Positions 27,046-37,528 of a stretch of 64,000 nt of DNA are shown one piece after another. Location of the stretch: assembly GCA_045578865.1 (NCBI GenBank), contig JAZNLB010000013.1, forward strand, positions 15,106-79,105, written 5' to 3'. The translations under genes were made by a program, and so were the position numbers. Under the pieces are notes generated by a model. That model worked only from the letters and a program-made list of their open reading frames with translations. It did not search any database and was not told the DNA's origin. This DNA is from Clostridia bacterium (GTDB lineage: Bacteria > Bacillota > Clostridia > UBA1381 > UMGS1253). Numbering within the stretch: position 1 is the first letter of the stretch; every line of letters starts with the position of its first letter.

Positions 27046-29487
27046 ATGGTAGCAGAGGTTATTGTTTCAAAGACGGCGCGCGAAGTCGACAAATGCTTTG
27101 ATTATGATATCGGTGCGCTCGAAGCGGAGGGCATCGGTGTCGGCGCGCACATTTTGGTGCCGTTCGGAAAAAACAATATGCTCACCGAAGGATTTGTTTT
27201 GCGTGTGAAAGAAAAAAGCGCAGGCAAACAACTCAAAAAAATCCACTCGCTCGCCTCGAGGGAGCCTTTATTTGATGCAAACGGTGTTGCGCTGATAGAG
27301 TATATTCGCAAAAGCACGCTTTGCACTTATATTGAGGCGCTGCATCTTCTCATTCCCACCGGCGCCGGTGTGCATCTGGAAACCTGGGTGCGTCTTTCAC
27401 AGGGTGCGGATGTATCTGTGCTCAAAGGCAGACAAAAGCAAGTGGCCCAGCAGCTTTTAAATGCCGGCGGCGAAATGGAACTTACGCATCTTTTAACCTG
27501 CTTTGAAACCAATGTGCGCTCCGTCGTAACGGCTTTGGAGGAAAAAGGACTTGCCACGCTTGTGCAGGTGGAGGGCAGCAGCATCAAAGAAAAAACGGTG
27601 CGCTTTGCAAGACTTAGCGTGGAGGCGGAAAATCTGTATGCCGTAGAAGAGGGGCTGAAAAAGAGAGCGCCTTTGCAGTATCGGATGTTGCAGGTTTTAA
27701 AATACAACGAAAGTGTTGCCATATGTGATTTGGTTGCGATGACATCTGCCAGTTACAATGCGATAAACGCACTTGAAAATAAAGGCTATATCGAATTTTT
27801 TGACAAGGTCGTTCGCCGCAGCGAAACGGCAAGCGGCAAAAAAGATACGCCGCCGGAAATGACGGCGGAGCAAAAAAATGTATACGAGAGCATATCCGGT
27901 GCCATAGATGCTATGTGCACACAGGAATTTTTGCTGCGCGGTGTAACGGGTTCGGGCAAAACAGAGGTTTATATGCGCTTGATTGAGCGCGTGATTGCGC
28001 GCGGCAGGGGTGCGATTGTGCTTGTGCCGGAAATTGCGCTTACGCCTTTGATGACGGGTAGATTTACACGCCGTTTCGGCGATGCGGTGGCGATTTTGCA
28101 CAGCGGTCTTTCGCTCGGCGAACGCTATGATGAGTGGCAGCGCATCCGAAAAGGCGAAGTGCAAGTGGTGGTCGGTGCGCGTTCTGCCGTTTTTGCACCG
28201 CTTGCAGATATCGGGATTATTATTTTGGACGAGGAGCACGAAAGTGCGTACAAATCGGAGTCGGCGCCACGATACCATGCGCGCGATATTGCAAAATTCC
28301 GTGCCTTTCAGCACGGAGCGGTGGCGCTGTATGCATCGGCAACGCCGCTTGTAGAAAGTTATTACAAGGCTCAAAACGGGGAATATACCCTGCTTGAAAT
28401 GCCGAGTCGCTATAATCAGGGCGAACTTCCATGTGTGGATATTGTGGATATGCGCGAGGAGTTGAAGGCGGGCAACCGCAGTATGTTTTCTGCGCTTTTG
28501 CGCGAGGAGATAGAGTACAATCGCACGCATGGCGAGCAGACGATTTTGTTTTTAAACCGCCGAGGTTTTTCCACCTTTGTGTCCTGCCGTGAATGCGGAT
28601 TTGTGGCGCAGTGTCCGCACTGCAACATTTCATTGACCTATCATCGTCATACGGACAAATTGACATGTCACTACTGTGGCTACACGCAGGATAATTACAA
28701 AACTTGTCCGAGTTGCGAAAGCAAATACATCCGCTTTTTCGGCGTAGGTACGCAGAAGGTGGAGGAGGCGCTCTACGAAGAGTTTTCCGGCATCCGCGTG
28801 GTGCGGATGGATGCGGATACGACTTCGACCAAGGCGGCGCATCAGAAGCTTTTAGAACAATTTGAAACGGAAAAAAGCGATGTTTTATTGGGTACGCAGA
28901 TGGTATCCAAAGGACACGATTTTCATACAGTAACGCTGGTGGGTGTGTTGGCGGCGGACACCGCCCTGCACATTGACGATTACAGAAGCAGTGAGCGAAC
29001 ATTTAACCTGATCACACAGGTGGCGGGGCGCGCGGGGCGCGGAGCATTGCGCGGCCGTGCGATTGTGCAGACCTATTCGCCCGAGCACTATGCCATTGTC
29101 TATGCCAAGGACCACGACTATCTCGGTTTTTACGCTGAGGAACTTGCTTTTCGACGCGCAATGTGGTATCCGCCGTTTTGCGAAATTGTAACCGTACTGG
29201 TCAGCGGCACCAATGAAACTCTGGTGCGCCGTCATATCGGTGCGCTTGCAAAACTTTTGCGTGCCCGTACCGCAGACGATGCTTGCGGCAGAATTTCGAT
29301 TTTGGGTCCGGTACCGTCGGCGGTTGCGAAAATTAAGGACAAATTCCGTTATCGCATTGTGATAAAATGCGAAAGGGCAGACAGGCTCGATGGCGTGCTT
29401 TGCGAAATGCTTGCGCTATATCAACAAGACAAAAATAAACAGATTTTAAATATGATTATAGATAAAAATCCGAATTCAATGTTATAG
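27046..29487 (+). CDS. priA: Primosomal protein N'
   Basis: GVTGSGKTE, VPEIALT, DEEH, SATP, LNRRG, four CxxC motifs, QVAGRAGR. Confidence 0.97.
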   Translation: MVAEVIVSKTAREVDKCFDYDIGALEAEGIGVGAHILVPFGKNNMLTEGFVLRVKEKSAGKQLKKIHSLASREPLFDANGVALIEYIRKSTLCTYIEALHLLIPTGAGVHLETWVRLSQGADVSVLKGRQKQVAQQLLNAGGEMELTHLLTCFETNVRSVVTALEEKGLATLVQVEGSSIKEKTVRFARLSVEAENLYAVEEGLKKRAPLQYRMLQVLKYNESVAICDLVAMTSASYNAINALENKGYIEFFDKVVRRSETASGKKDTPPEMTAEQKNVYESISGAIDAMCTQEFLLRGVTGSGKTEVYMRLIERVIARGRGAIVLVPEIALTPLMTGRFTRRFGDAVAILHSGLSLGERYDEWQRIRKGEVQVVVGARSAVFAPLADIGIIILDEEHESAYKSESAPRYHARDIAKFRAFQHGAVALYASATPLVESYYKAQNGEYTLLEMPSRYNQGELPCVDIVDMREELKAGNRSMFSALLREEIEYNRTHGEQTILFLNRRGFSTFVSCRECGFVAQCPHCNISLTYHRHTDKLTCHYCGYTQDNYKTCPSCESKYIRFFGVGTQKVEEALYEEFSGIRVVRMDADTTSTKAAHQKLLEQFETEKSDVLLGTQMVSKGHDFHTVTLVGVLAADTALHIDDYRSSERTFNLITQVAGRAGRGALRGRAIVQTYSPEHYAIVYAKDHDYLGFYAEELAFRRAMWYPPFCEIVTVLVSGTNETLVRRHIGALAKLLRARTADDACGRISILGPVPSAVAKIKDKFRYRIVIKCERADRLDGVLCEMLALYQQDKNKQILNMIIDKNPNSML

Positions 29488-29497
29488 GAGAACTGGT

Positions 29498-29956
29498 ATG
29501 GCTATTCGTTTGATAAGAAAAGAACCTGATGAGGTGTTGCGTAAGACAAGCCGCGAGGTGACGGTGTTTGATGACCGCTTAGCGCAACTTTTAGACGACA
29601 TGTTTGATACGATGTATGAAGCAAACGGTGTCGGTCTTGCGGCGGTGCAGGTCGGTATTTTAAAGCGCGCCGTTGTGGTGGATACGCGTGAGGAGGGCGA
29701 GCGTTATGAACTTGTCAATCCGAAACTCGTGTATAAAAAAGGTGAGCGCGAGGTAGCGGAAGGGTGTTTGAGCGTGCCGGGTGTAAGCGGTTATGTAAAG
29801 CGTCCCGAAAAGGTCATTGTGCGCGCACAAGACAGACACGGAGAAACCTTTGAAGTGGAGGCAACCGGTCTTCTGGCGCAGGCATTCTGTCACGAAATTG
29901 AGCATCTGGACGGCGGTTTGTTTATTGATAAAGTGACGGAATATATTGAAGATTAA
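29498..29956 (+). CDS. def: Peptide deformylase
   Basis: GVGLAAVQ, EGCLS, HEIEH. Confidence 0.96.
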   Translation: MAIRLIRKEPDEVLRKTSREVTVFDDRLAQLLDDMFDTMYEANGVGLAAVQVGILKRAVVVDTREEGERYELVNPKLVYKKGEREVAEGCLSVPGVSGYVKRPEKVIVRAQDRHGETFEVEATGLLAQAFCHEIEHLDGGLFIDKVTEYIED

Positions 29957-29972
29957 AAGTGAGTGAAAAACG

Positions 29973-30908
29973 ATGAAAATTCTTTTTATGGGCACAAGCG
30001 ATTATGCGGTGGTGTGCCTCAAAGCGCTTGCGGCAAGCAAGCATGAGGTGGTTTCGGTTGTCAGTCAACCGGATAAGCCGAAAAACAGAGGCCACAAACT
30101 GATGCCGACACCGGTGCATGCGGCGGCGGACGAACTCGGTCTGTTGGTGCATCAGCCTCAAACGCTGAAAGACAATGCGTTTTTGCCGGTGCTGGAAACG
30201 GAAAATCCCGATTTGATTGTCGTGGTGGCATACGGCAAAATTTTGCCGTCCTATATTTTGGACTTTCCGAAATACGGTTGCATCAATGTGCATGGTTCGC
30301 TTTTGCCGCGCTATCGCGGTGCGGCGCCGATTCAGCGCGCAGTGCTTGCCGGCGAAAAGGTGAGTGGCGTTACAACGATGTATATGGACATAGGGCTGGA
30401 CACGGGCGATATGATTTTGAAAAAGGAAACCGAAATCGGCGAAGATGAAACTGCCCACGAGCTTTTTGACCGTCTGGCAGTGCTGGGTGCCGAAGCCCTT
30501 TTAGAAACCGTAGAGCAGATTGAAAACGGTACGGCAAAGCGTGAAAAGCAGGACGAGGCGCAGGCAACCTATGCCGCAATGCTCGATAAGGCGCAGGCGG
30601 AAATTGATTGGAGTGCATCGGCACAGGAAATTAAAAATCTGGTGCGCGGCATGAATTCCTGGCCGCTTGCTTACACATACTATAAGGGCGCACGCGTGAA
30701 AATCGGAAGCGTGTCCGTGCTTTCGGGCGAAGGGCGCGGGGTGCCGGGGCAGATTTTGTATGCAAACCGTACCGACGGTTTGTGTGTGCGTGCACGCGAG
30801 GGTGCGGTTTTGATACAGACCGTACAGTTTGAAGGTAAAAAAATGATGGATGTCAAGGCGTATTTGTTGGGCAATACCATCGAAGAAAATGTAATCTTAG
30901 GAGAATAA
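29973..30908 (+). CDS. fmt: Methionyl-tRNA formyltransferase
   Basis: FMGT, QPDKP, VAYG, NVHGSLLPRYRGAAP, DTGD. Confidence 0.96.
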   Translation: MKILFMGTSDYAVVCLKALAASKHEVVSVVSQPDKPKNRGHKLMPTPVHAAADELGLLVHQPQTLKDNAFLPVLETENPDLIVVVAYGKILPSYILDFPKYGCINVHGSLLPRYRGAAPIQRAVLAGEKVSGVTTMYMDIGLDTGDMILKKETEIGEDETAHELFDRLAVLGAEALLETVEQIENGTAKREKQDEAQATYAAMLDKAQAEIDWSASAQEIKNLVRGMNSWPLAYTYYKGARVKIGSVSVLSGEGRGVPGQILYANRTDGLCVRAREGAVLIQTVQFEGKKMMDVKAYLLGNTIEENVILGE

Positions 30909-30912
30909 AACT

Positions 30913-31602
30913 ATGCTTTTTAACGGGTATTACAGTTCGTATATCTATGTTTTAATTCCGCTCATTATTTCGATTTGGGCAAGTTCAAAAGTCAATTCGA
31001 CTTTTGCGCGCTATTCCAAGGTGCACTCTGCAAGGCAGATGACGGCGGCGCAGGTGACGCGCTTGATTTTGGACAATGCGGGCCTTCGCCATATCGGCAT
31101 TGAACGCATCGCCGGTAATCTAACCGACCACTATGACCCGAAGGCGAATGTGATTCGTCTGTCCGATACGGTGTATAATTCCACTTCGGTTGCCGCCATC
31201 GGTGTTGCGGCGCACGAAGCGGGGCACGCACAGCAGTACCGTGACAGCTATCTGCCGATTAAAATCCGCACGGCGATTTTGCCCGTAGCCAACTTAGGCT
31301 CGCAACTGGCGATGCCGCTTTTGATTTTAGGTTTGGTGCTCAGTTTTGCGGGGCTGGTGGATTTTGCAATCTTGCTATATGTGGCGGTTGTCGCATTTTC
31401 GCTTGTGACCTTGCCGGTGGAGTTTAATGCTTCTCGCCGCGCGGTGCAGACGATAGACGAATATGGCATTTTATCCGAAGAAGAAAATAAAGCGGCAAAG
31501 AAGGTGCTTTCTGCGGCGGCGATGACCTATGTGGCTTCTACATTGGCTGCCATCGGTACGCTTTTGCGCCTTTTGGCCATTTCCGGCAGGAGACGAGACT
31601 GA
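30913..31602 (+). CDS. YugP-type neutral zinc metallopeptidase
   Basis: LTDHYDP, AAHEAGH, TLPVEFNASRRA, AAAMTYVA. Confidence 0.92.
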   Translation: MLFNGYYSSYIYVLIPLIISIWASSKVNSTFARYSKVHSARQMTAAQVTRLILDNAGLRHIGIERIAGNLTDHYDPKANVIRLSDTVYNSTSVAAIGVAAHEAGHAQQYRDSYLPIKIRTAILPVANLGSQLAMPLLILGLVLSFAGLVDFAILLYVAVVAFSLVTLPVEFNASRRAVQTIDEYGILSEEENKAAKKVLSAAAMTYVASTLAAIGTLLRLLAISGRRRD

Positions 31603-32942
31603 TGGAACAAAGAAAAGTATCGGATGCGCGCTTCGCCGCTTATAAGGTTTTGTCTGCGGCGCAGACGGAAGGCGCGTATGTCAATCTCGCAATTACCGAT
31701 GTGCTCGGGAAAATGCAGATGTCCTCAGCCGACAAGGCGCTTGCTGCGGCGATTGCCTACGGCTGTGTAAAGTACCGCTTGTATTTAGATTATATCATTG
31801 CAAAATTTTCAAGTTTAAAATTAAAAAAACTTTCTGCGCCCGTTTTGATTTTGCTTCGCATCGGCGTGTTTCAGATTTTAAAACTCGACCGTGTGCCCGA
31901 CAGCGCGGCGGTAGACGAGTGTGTGCGGTTGGCAGGCAAACTTGCGTACCGCTCGAAAGGATTTATCAACGGTATTTTGCGTTCGGTGGTGCGAGAAAAA
32001 GAAAACATCGCCCTGCCGTTAGATGCAGTGCAGAGGCTGGGTATTCTCTATTCGTTTCCGGAGGAACTGACGAGACATTTTATCGACTTATACGGCATAG
32101 AGAGAACCGAGGCACTGTTGTCGGCATTTTGCGAGCCGCCGAAGATGCATGTGCGTGTAAACACTTTGAAAACAAGTGTGGCAGCGGTGCGTGAGGCGCT
32201 TTCGCCGGCAGGCGTTTCGGTGGCAGATGGCGCATACGACGATGCTTTGGTGCTTTCAGGCACAGACATTACGGCGTTGGAGACTTATAAAAACGGCGAA
32301 ATTACGGCGCAGGGGGCAGGCTCGATGTGTGCTGTGCGTGCACTCGGCGCAAAAAAAGGCGATACCGTTTTAGACTTGTGTGCCGCACCCGGCGGTAAAA
32401 GCGTATATATTGCACAGCGCGCGCAAGATGAGTGTACGCTCAAAGCCTTTGATATACATAATCACAAAATAGATTTGATTTTACAAACGGCGGCGCGCAT
32501 GGGCATCAAAAGCATTACAGCGGCGCAGGCGGATGCTAGCGTATGCAAAAGTGAACTTGCACAAACGGCGGACTGCGTATTGGTCGATGCGCCTTGCTCG
32601 GGGCTTGGCATTATTGGCAAAAAGCCGGATATCAAATACGGTTGGAGCAAAGAAAAAGAAGAGGAACTTGCATCTTTGCAGCTTGCCATTTTAGATGCGG
32701 CGGCAACCTATGTAAAGCCGGGCGGCACGCTTGTGTACAGCACTTGTACTATCGGGGAAACAGAAAATTTATCGGTGGTGCGTGCGTTTTTAAAAAAGCA
32801 TAGCGTGTTTGCACTTGCCGATATGTCGGATGCGCTTCCCGACGGCGTGGGTAAGCCGTCGGCAAAAGAAGGCTATGCGGCATTTTTCCCCGACACAGAC
32901 GGGATGGACGGGTTTTTCGTTTGCAAAATGAAAAGAAAGTAG
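31602..32942 (+). CDS. rsmB: 16S rRNA m5C967 methyltransferase
   Basis: NusB-like N-terminus, DLCAAPGGKS, DAPCSG, YSTCT, DGFF. Confidence 0.95.
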   Translation: MEQRKVSDARFAAYKVLSAAQTEGAYVNLAITDVLGKMQMSSADKALAAAIAYGCVKYRLYLDYIIAKFSSLKLKKLSAPVLILLRIGVFQILKLDRVPDSAAVDECVRLAGKLAYRSKGFINGILRSVVREKENIALPLDAVQRLGILYSFPEELTRHFIDLYGIERTEALLSAFCEPPKMHVRVNTLKTSVAAVREALSPAGVSVADGAYDDALVLSGTDITALETYKNGEITAQGAGSMCAVRALGAKKGDTVLDLCAAPGGKSVYIAQRAQDECTLKAFDIHNHKIDLILQTAARMGIKSITAAQADASVCKSELAQTADCVLVDAPCSGLGIIGKKPDIKYGWSKEKEEELASLQLAILDAAATYVKPGGTLVYSTCTIGETENLSVVRAFLKKHSVFALADMSDALPDGVGKPSAKEGYAAFFPDTDGMDGFFVCKMKRK

Positions 32943-32950
32943 TCAATGCT

Positions 32951-33982
32951 ATGGTAGATTTAAGAAGCCTTACATATGAAGAATTAGAGGCGCTTGTTGT
33001 AGAGGCGGGCGAGAAAAAGTTTCGCGCCGCACAGGTGTTTTCCTGGCTGCACGAAAAGGGTGTTTCCTCCTTGGAGGAGATGACCAACCTCTCCAAAGCC
33101 TTTCGCGAGACGCTCTCGTGCATCAGTTACATCAGCCGTGTGGAAATTATGGAAAAGTATGTTTCCAAAAAGGACGGCACGGTAAAATATCTGATGCGGT
33201 TAGACGATGATGAGTGCATCGAAACGGTTGTGATGGAGTACCACCACGGTACGAGCATCTGCGTGTCCTCGCAGGTAGGGTGCCGTATGGGGTGTACCTT
33301 TTGTGCATCTACGCTCGGTGGCAAAAAAAGAGATTTGCTGGCAGGCGAAATTTTAGGCCAGATTTTAGCCGCACAGGCGGATTTGAAAAAGCGCATTTCC
33401 AATATCGTGATGATGGGCATCGGCGAGCCGCTCGATAATTTTGAAAATGTGCGCCGTTTTCTGATTTTAGTCAATGATGCGCGTGGGCTCGGCATCGGAT
33501 ATCGGCATATTTCTTTATCCACCTGCGGGTTGGTGGAGGGGATAAAAAAACTTTCCGAACTCAACTTGCCGATTACACTTTCGATTTCCCTGCACGCGCC
33601 CAATGACACCATTCGCACCAATATGATGCCGGTCAATCGTGCACATAATGTTGCTGAACTTTTAGGGGCGTGCAGAAATTATCAACAGGTGACGGGCAGG
33701 CGTATTTCTTTTGAATATGCGATGTGCGATGGTGTAAACGACAGTGCCCAAAATGCGCGTGAACTGGCGGAAAAATTAAACGGGATGCTTTGTCATGTGA
33801 ATTTGATTCCCGTCAACAATGTAAAAGAGCGTGATTATAGAAAAAGCAAAAAAGAAAATATAGAGAAGTTTATAGAAATTTTAGGCAAGCGCGGCATTAC
33901 CGCAACGGTGCGCCGTGAACTTGGAAGCGATATCAGCGCTTCCTGCGGTCAGCTCCGGCAGAAAACGCTGGAAGAAAAATAA
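32951..33982 (+). CDS. rlmN: 23S rRNA m2A2503 methyltransferase (radical SAM)
   Basis: SSQVGCRMGCTFC, MGIGEP, SLHA, ASCGQL. Confidence 0.96.
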   Translation: MVDLRSLTYEELEALVVEAGEKKFRAAQVFSWLHEKGVSSLEEMTNLSKAFRETLSCISYISRVEIMEKYVSKKDGTVKYLMRLDDDECIETVVMEYHHGTSICVSSQVGCRMGCTFCASTLGGKKRDLLAGEILGQILAAQADLKKRISNIVMMGIGEPLDNFENVRRFLILVNDARGLGIGYRHISLSTCGLVEGIKKLSELNLPITLSISLHAPNDTIRTNMMPVNRAHNVAELLGACRNYQQVTGRRISFEYAMCDGVNDSAQNARELAEKLNGMLCHVNLIPVNNVKERDYRKSKKENIEKFIEILGKRGITATVRRELGSDISASCGQLRQKTLEEK

Positions 33983-34004
33983 GTGATGGGAAGAGGTGAG
34001 GGCG

Positions 34005-34727
34005 ATGGAATTTGTAGCCAGAACGGATACGGGCAAGCGCAGAGAGCAAAATCAGGACAATGCCTGTGCCTTTGTGCATGCAGGGTTCTTAGTCGGCATT
34101 GTGGCAGACGGTATGGGCGGGCATAACGGCGGACAGGTGGCAAGTCGTATGGCCATCGACTGTGTGCGCGATTATCTTATGGAAGGTCTTGAGGCGCAAA
34201 CGGATACCCAACAGCTTCGCAAACTGTTGCGTGTTGCATATGTCAAGGCAAATGCGGAAATTTTTGCCCTTGCTACGCAGAATAAAGATTTGGAAGGTAT
34301 GGGCACGACGCTCACGGTGGCGGTTCTTCGTGAAAATGTTTTGGTCGTATCGCACATCGGCGACAGCCGCGCCTACATTTGCAAAGCCTTAGAAACAGAG
34401 CAGATTACGGTGGACCAGACGCTTGTGCAGCGATTGCTCTCAAGCGGTGTGATTTCGCAGGAGGAAGCCAAAACGCATCCGCATCGCCATGTGATTTTAG
34501 AGGCGGTCGGCACGAGCGCAACGATTGAGCCGGAAATGTACGAGCGTGTCCTTTCGGGGCAGACGCTGCTTCTTTGCTCGGACGGTTTATACGGCGAAGT
34601 GCCGGACAGTGCAATTGCCGGATGTCTTTTTGAAAGCGGCGATTTGGGTGCGGCGGCAGATAATTTGGTTGCGGCGGCGAATGCGGCAGGCGGCAGCGAC
34701 AACATTTCTGTTGTGCTGATGAGATAA
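34005..34727 (+). CDS. prpC: PP2C-family Ser/Thr phosphatase (Stp1/PrpC)
   Basis: G.RREQNQD, ADGMGG, GMGTT, GDSR, CSDGL, DN. Confidence 0.93.
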   Translation: MEFVARTDTGKRREQNQDNACAFVHAGFLVGIVADGMGGHNGGQVASRMAIDCVRDYLMEGLEAQTDTQQLRKLLRVAYVKANAEIFALATQNKDLEGMGTTLTVAVLRENVLVVSHIGDSRAYICKALETEQITVDQTLVQRLLSSGVISQEEAKTHPHRHVILEAVGTSATIEPEMYERVLSGQTLLLCSDGLYGEVPDSAIAGCLFESGDLGAAADNLVAAANAAGGSDNISVVLMR

Positions 34728-34739
34728 GGGGGGACGGTT

Positions 34740-36605
34740 ATGCACAATTATTTGGAAATCGGAACGGTTTTGGATGACCGTTATGAAATATTGGAAGAAC
34801 TCGGCAGTGGCGGTATGGCGCATGTGTATAAGGCGCGTTGCAAAGTATTAAACCGCTTTGTTGCTGTCAAGGTGCTTCGCGGCGAGTTTACGGGCGATGA
34901 AGCCTTTATGCGCCGCTTTGTGACGGAGGCGCAGGCAGCGGCGGCGATTACGCATCCCAACATTGTCGGGGTGCATGATGTGTGCAGCGGCGGCGAGATG
35001 CCCTACATCGTTATGGAGTATATCGAGGGTGTAACCTTGAAGTCCTACATTGAAAAAAACGGTGCGCTGCCATGGAAAAAGGCGGTAAATTTCCAGCTGC
35101 AGATTTGTGCGGCGCTGGAATGTGCACATAAGCAAAATATTATTCATCAGGATATTAAACCGCATAATATGCTCATTACCGATGACGGCACACTCAAAGT
35201 AACGGATTTCGGCATTGCGCGTGCAACGGGCGGTTCGACGACGGTGGCGGGCGAAGCGGAAGGCGCAGTCGGCTCGGTGCATTACTGTTCGCCGGAGCAG
35301 GCACGCGGCGGCTTTACGGATGCAAAATCTGACATCTATTCCGCCGGCGTGGTTTTGTATGAAATGTTGGTGGGCAAAGTTCCATTTGATGCACCGACAC
35401 CCGTGGCGGTTGCCATGATGCATATGCAGTCCGATGCCGTGCCTGTATCGCAAATCAGAGCGGAGTTACCCAAGGATTTGGATTTGGTGATTGCGCGTTC
35501 CATGAGCCGTGAAAAACGAAACCGCTATGCTTCGGCATCGGAGATGATGCGTGATTTAAACTTCATTTTGGAAGGTGTGCATATAGACGGTGAGGCCGCC
35601 AATACGCAAGAAGAGCACATTGCACACAGAAACGGCTCGAAGCGCAAGGGCAAAGTCAAAAAGAGCGACATCTGGATTGCAGTTGGCTCAGCGCTTTGTG
35701 CACTTGCACTTGTCGGCGGTATGCTTTTGCTGTTTTTATCCACCGGCGGTACGCGCGGTGAGGTTAAAGTGCCGAGCGTGCTGGAAATGACTGAGCAGGA
35801 GGCTGAAGCACTTTTAAAGAAATATAAACTGAAAATGGAAGTTGAAGAAATCGTATACGATACTGCCTTTGAAGAGGGCATCGTGGTGGAGCAGGACCCG
35901 GCGGCCGAAAAGAGCGTGCAGAAGGGTTACAAAGTGAAAGTGCGCGTCAGCGGCGGTGAGGCGGAATTAAAAGTACCGAGCGTAGTCAACATGCCGGTAG
36001 AAGATGCCGTGGAGGAGCTCGAAGCGGCAGGGTTTAAAGTAACAAAGCGTTCGCAGTACAGCACTGAAGTGCCCAAAGATACCGTCGTGCGCCAAAATCC
36101 GGCAGCGGACAGTGGCGCAAAAAAAGGCGATACGGTTACCATTTATGTCAATGACCGTATAGAAGAAGGCGTGATTCCAAATCTGGAGAGCAGCAGTGTA
36201 GCCACTGCCAAGACAAAGCTTGAAGAAGCGGGATTTGCGCTCGGCAGTATAACGGAAGAGGAGTCCGATGCGGAAAAGGGAACGGTCATCCGTCAAAGTC
36301 CGCTTGCAGGCACCGAGGCGGAAAAAGGGGAAAAAGTCAACATCGTCATCAGTACGGGTAACAAACAATCGCCGACCGACCGGCCGTCGACGGGGGAGGT
36401 CAAGGTGAAAACCATCAGTATTCCCGTACCGCAGTCGCAGGAGATGACACAAATTCGCATCGTGGCAAACGGACAGACGATTCACGATGCAAAGCACAGT
36501 AAGTCCGAGGGTACATTTGACCTGCGTGTAACCGGCGAAAATGAAGCTGCGCTTGAAATTTATCATGACGGCGTATACAAAGGCACACAGAAAATTCGAT
36601 TTTAG
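34740..36605 (+). CDS. prkC: PASTA-domain Ser/Thr kinase (PrkC/PknB), HQD catalytic loop
   Basis: GSGGMA.VY, VAVK, HQDIKPHN, DFG, SPE, TM helix, three PASTA repeats. Confidence 0.95.
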   Translation: MHNYLEIGTVLDDRYEILEELGSGGMAHVYKARCKVLNRFVAVKVLRGEFTGDEAFMRRFVTEAQAAAAITHPNIVGVHDVCSGGEMPYIVMEYIEGVTLKSYIEKNGALPWKKAVNFQLQICAALECAHKQNIIHQDIKPHNMLITDDGTLKVTDFGIARATGGSTTVAGEAEGAVGSVHYCSPEQARGGFTDAKSDIYSAGVVLYEMLVGKVPFDAPTPVAVAMMHMQSDAVPVSQIRAELPKDLDLVIARSMSREKRNRYASASEMMRDLNFILEGVHIDGEAANTQEEHIAHRNGSKRKGKVKKSDIWIAVGSALCALALVGGMLLLFLSTGGTRGEVKVPSVLEMTEQEAEALLKKYKLKMEVEEIVYDTAFEEGIVVEQDPAAEKSVQKGYKVKVRVSGGEAELKVPSVVNMPVEDAVEELEAAGFKVTKRSQYSTEVPKDTVVRQNPAADSGAKKGDTVTIYVNDRIEEGVIPNLESSSVATAKTKLEEAGFALGSITEEESDAEKGTVIRQSPLAGTEAEKGEKVNIVISTGNKQSPTDRPSTGEVKVKTISIPVPQSQEMTQIRIVANGQTIHDAKHSKSEGTFDLRVTGENEAALEIYHDGVYKGTQKIRF

Positions 36606-36620
36606 GAGTAGTATCTGTTT

Positions 36621-37487
36621 ATGGCAGACGGCATTATTGTAAAAGGAATCGGCGGATTTTACTACGCGCGCACCGAGGGGCGCATGGTGGAGTGTAAGGC
36701 ACGCGGCATCTTCCGTAAGGAAGGGCAAACGCCCATGGTGGGCGATCGTGTGCGCCTCAGCGAAAAAAACGGTAAGGGCAGCATTGAAGAAATTTATCCG
36801 CGTAAAAATCAACTCATTCGTCCGGCGGTATCCAATATTGACCGCCTGGTGGTAACGGTGGCACTCACCGACCCTGCACCGAATTTGTTTTTGGTGGACT
36901 GCTTTTTGCTTTTGGGAGAAGCGGCAGGGATTGATACACTTTTGTGCTTTAACAAATCCGACTTAACGCAGGATACCTCCGTGGTGGATTTGTATCGTCG
37001 CGCAGGGTATGAAACAATTTTGACCAGCGTCGAAAAGGGCGAGGGTATTTGTGAGCTGCGTGAAAAACTGGCAGGCCGCACAAGTGCGCTTGCAGGAAAT
37101 TCCGGTGTGGGAAAGTCGAGTCTGCTCAATGCTGTCGGCATCACAGGTGAGATGCAAACCGGTGCCATCAGCGAAAAAATCAAGCGGGGCAGACACACCA
37201 CGCGCCATGTGGAACTTTTGCAGCTTGACGGCGGCGGTTTTGTATTTGATACGCCGGGGTTTTCGAGTTTTGAATTGCCGGAAATTGCGGCAGACGACCT
37301 GGCGATGTATTTTCGTGAGTTTGCGCCCTATCTGGGCGATTGCCGTTTCCGTGGATGCGCGCATATCCATGAGCCGGACTGCGCTGTAAAGCAAGCGTTT
37401 GCAGAAGGTAAAATCGGTGAAAGTCGCTATCGGAGTTACTGCGCTTTATATGAGGAGCGCAAAAAGATTAAAGATTGGCAGAAATAA
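36621..37487 (+). CDS. rsgA: Ribosome small subunit-dependent GTPase A
   Basis: NKSD, GNSGVGKSS, GRHTT, DTPG, C..C.H..EP.C. Confidence 0.96.
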   Translation: MADGIIVKGIGGFYYARTEGRMVECKARGIFRKEGQTPMVGDRVRLSEKNGKGSIEEIYPRKNQLIRPAVSNIDRLVVTVALTDPAPNLFLVDCFLLLGEAAGIDTLLCFNKSDLTQDTSVVDLYRRAGYETILTSVEKGEGICELREKLAGRTSALAGNSGVGKSSLLNAVGITGEMQTGAISEKIKRGRHTTRHVELLQLDGGGFVFDTPGFSSFELPEIAADDLAMYFREFAPYLGDCRFRGCAHIHEPDCAVKQAFAEGKIGESRYRSYCALYEERKKIKDWQK

Positions 37488-37528
37488 TTTTCTTTCCAAT
37501 AAAATACATAAGAAACAGAGGGATGAAC

